Below, piece by piece: positions 63,248-64,000 of a stretch of DNA of 64,000 nucleotides. Position numbers and translations under genes: made by a program. The stretch comes from Phoronis australis (lineage: Eukaryota; Animalia; Phoronida). How positions within the stretch are numbered: position 1 is the first letter of the stretch; each line of letters opens with the position of its first letter. The DNA lies in assembly GCA_002633005.1 (NCBI GenBank), contig NMRA01000351.1, positions 235,258 through 299,257 of the forward strand, in the 5' to 3' direction. The notes under the pieces were generated by a model. That model was not told where the DNA came from. It saw only the letters and a program-made list of their open reading frames with translations, and made no database searches.

Positions 63248-63713
63248 ATTGACCTATCGCAAGCTCCGCCCCCTTGCGTAATGTGGACTAACAAACAATA
63301 AGTTTTACCCGGCAACGTGTTGTTTGTCGGGTAAAATGGCGGCTTGGAAACGAAGGTGCCAGAACGATGAGTTCTAAATGGTCACTTAAGTCGTCACTCA
63401 AAATCCTGGCGATAGGTCAAATATCCTGAAACGTGCTCACACAATGTTCAGCTTTGGTCTTTTGCAATTTGTTTTTTTAGCCTTTCTTCCAACCACGATT
63501 TCTGAAACTTTCAAAACGAGATGCTGTCTTTGTGCCAATTGACCTATCGCAAACTCCGCCCCTTGCGAAAAGTCGAGAAACAAACAATAACTTTTACCCG
63601 ACAACGTGTTGTTTGTAGGGTAAAATGGCGGCTTGGAAACGAAGGTGTGTTAAGAATGCTGCATTCTAATTGGTCAATTAAGCCATCACTCAAAATGCTG
63701 GATATAGTTCAAT
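63248..63713. mobile_element. Two neighbouring ~175-bp MITE copies (63248-63422, 63538-63713) with TIR ATTGACCTATCGC
   Basis: Direct copies 290 bp apart. The first ends GCGATAGGTCAA, inverted to its start. Confidence 0.75.
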
Positions 63714-64000
63714 TGCTTTAACCGTTTTGATTTTGATAACAAAAGGGTATTGTGACGTACAACGTCTATTGTTTACGCGACCTACGGCGAGTTCAGACTT
63801 TTGTCGTTGCTATTGCTAAATTTATTGGACAACAATTAAAAGAAGAAAAAACACGCTGTGTGTTTTATTTGCTGATCACAGAATACTAAAACCAGGCACA
63901 CTTTTATCTTGCTTCGAATTTATACCCACTTGAAGTTCCTTTACACTGCACCTAGAATAGGCGGAAACGGCATCACTGCCAACTGCCGCTATGTTGCTCG

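Overview
Eukaryotic (invertebrate metazoan-like), AT-rich, intron- and repeat-rich genomic DNA from a draft assembly, with N gaps at 11420-11434, 13526, 36825, 37543, 38908 and 58677-59311. No prokaryotic operons, CRISPR arrays, rRNA or tRNA genes were seen. The first ~34 kb hold the 3' part of a large + strand gel-forming-mucin/vWF-like gene. I reconstructed 12 phase-compatible GT-AG exons by hand (1861-32261, plus 1-2 candidate terminal exons). They encode a VWC-like end, a >5 kb Thr/Ser/Pro (PTS) exon punctuated by an unrecognised 8-Cys module (5 copies in the gene), a TIL domain, a chain of VWC-like modules and an 11-Cys C-terminal cystine knot. An unusual tail with GKR/KR processing-type sites follows the knot. 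Introns and intergenic DNA contain four non-autonomous TTAA-flanked THAP-bearing (Kolobok-like) DNA transposons, a Ty3/Gypsy LTR element lacking protease and RT, several LINE fragments, MITEs, two hammerhead-ribozyme-like motifs and tandem repeats. The window ends in the first coding exon (H-NOX domain) of an atypical, Gyc88E-like soluble guanylate cyclase. All calls come from reading the sequence; no database searches were run.
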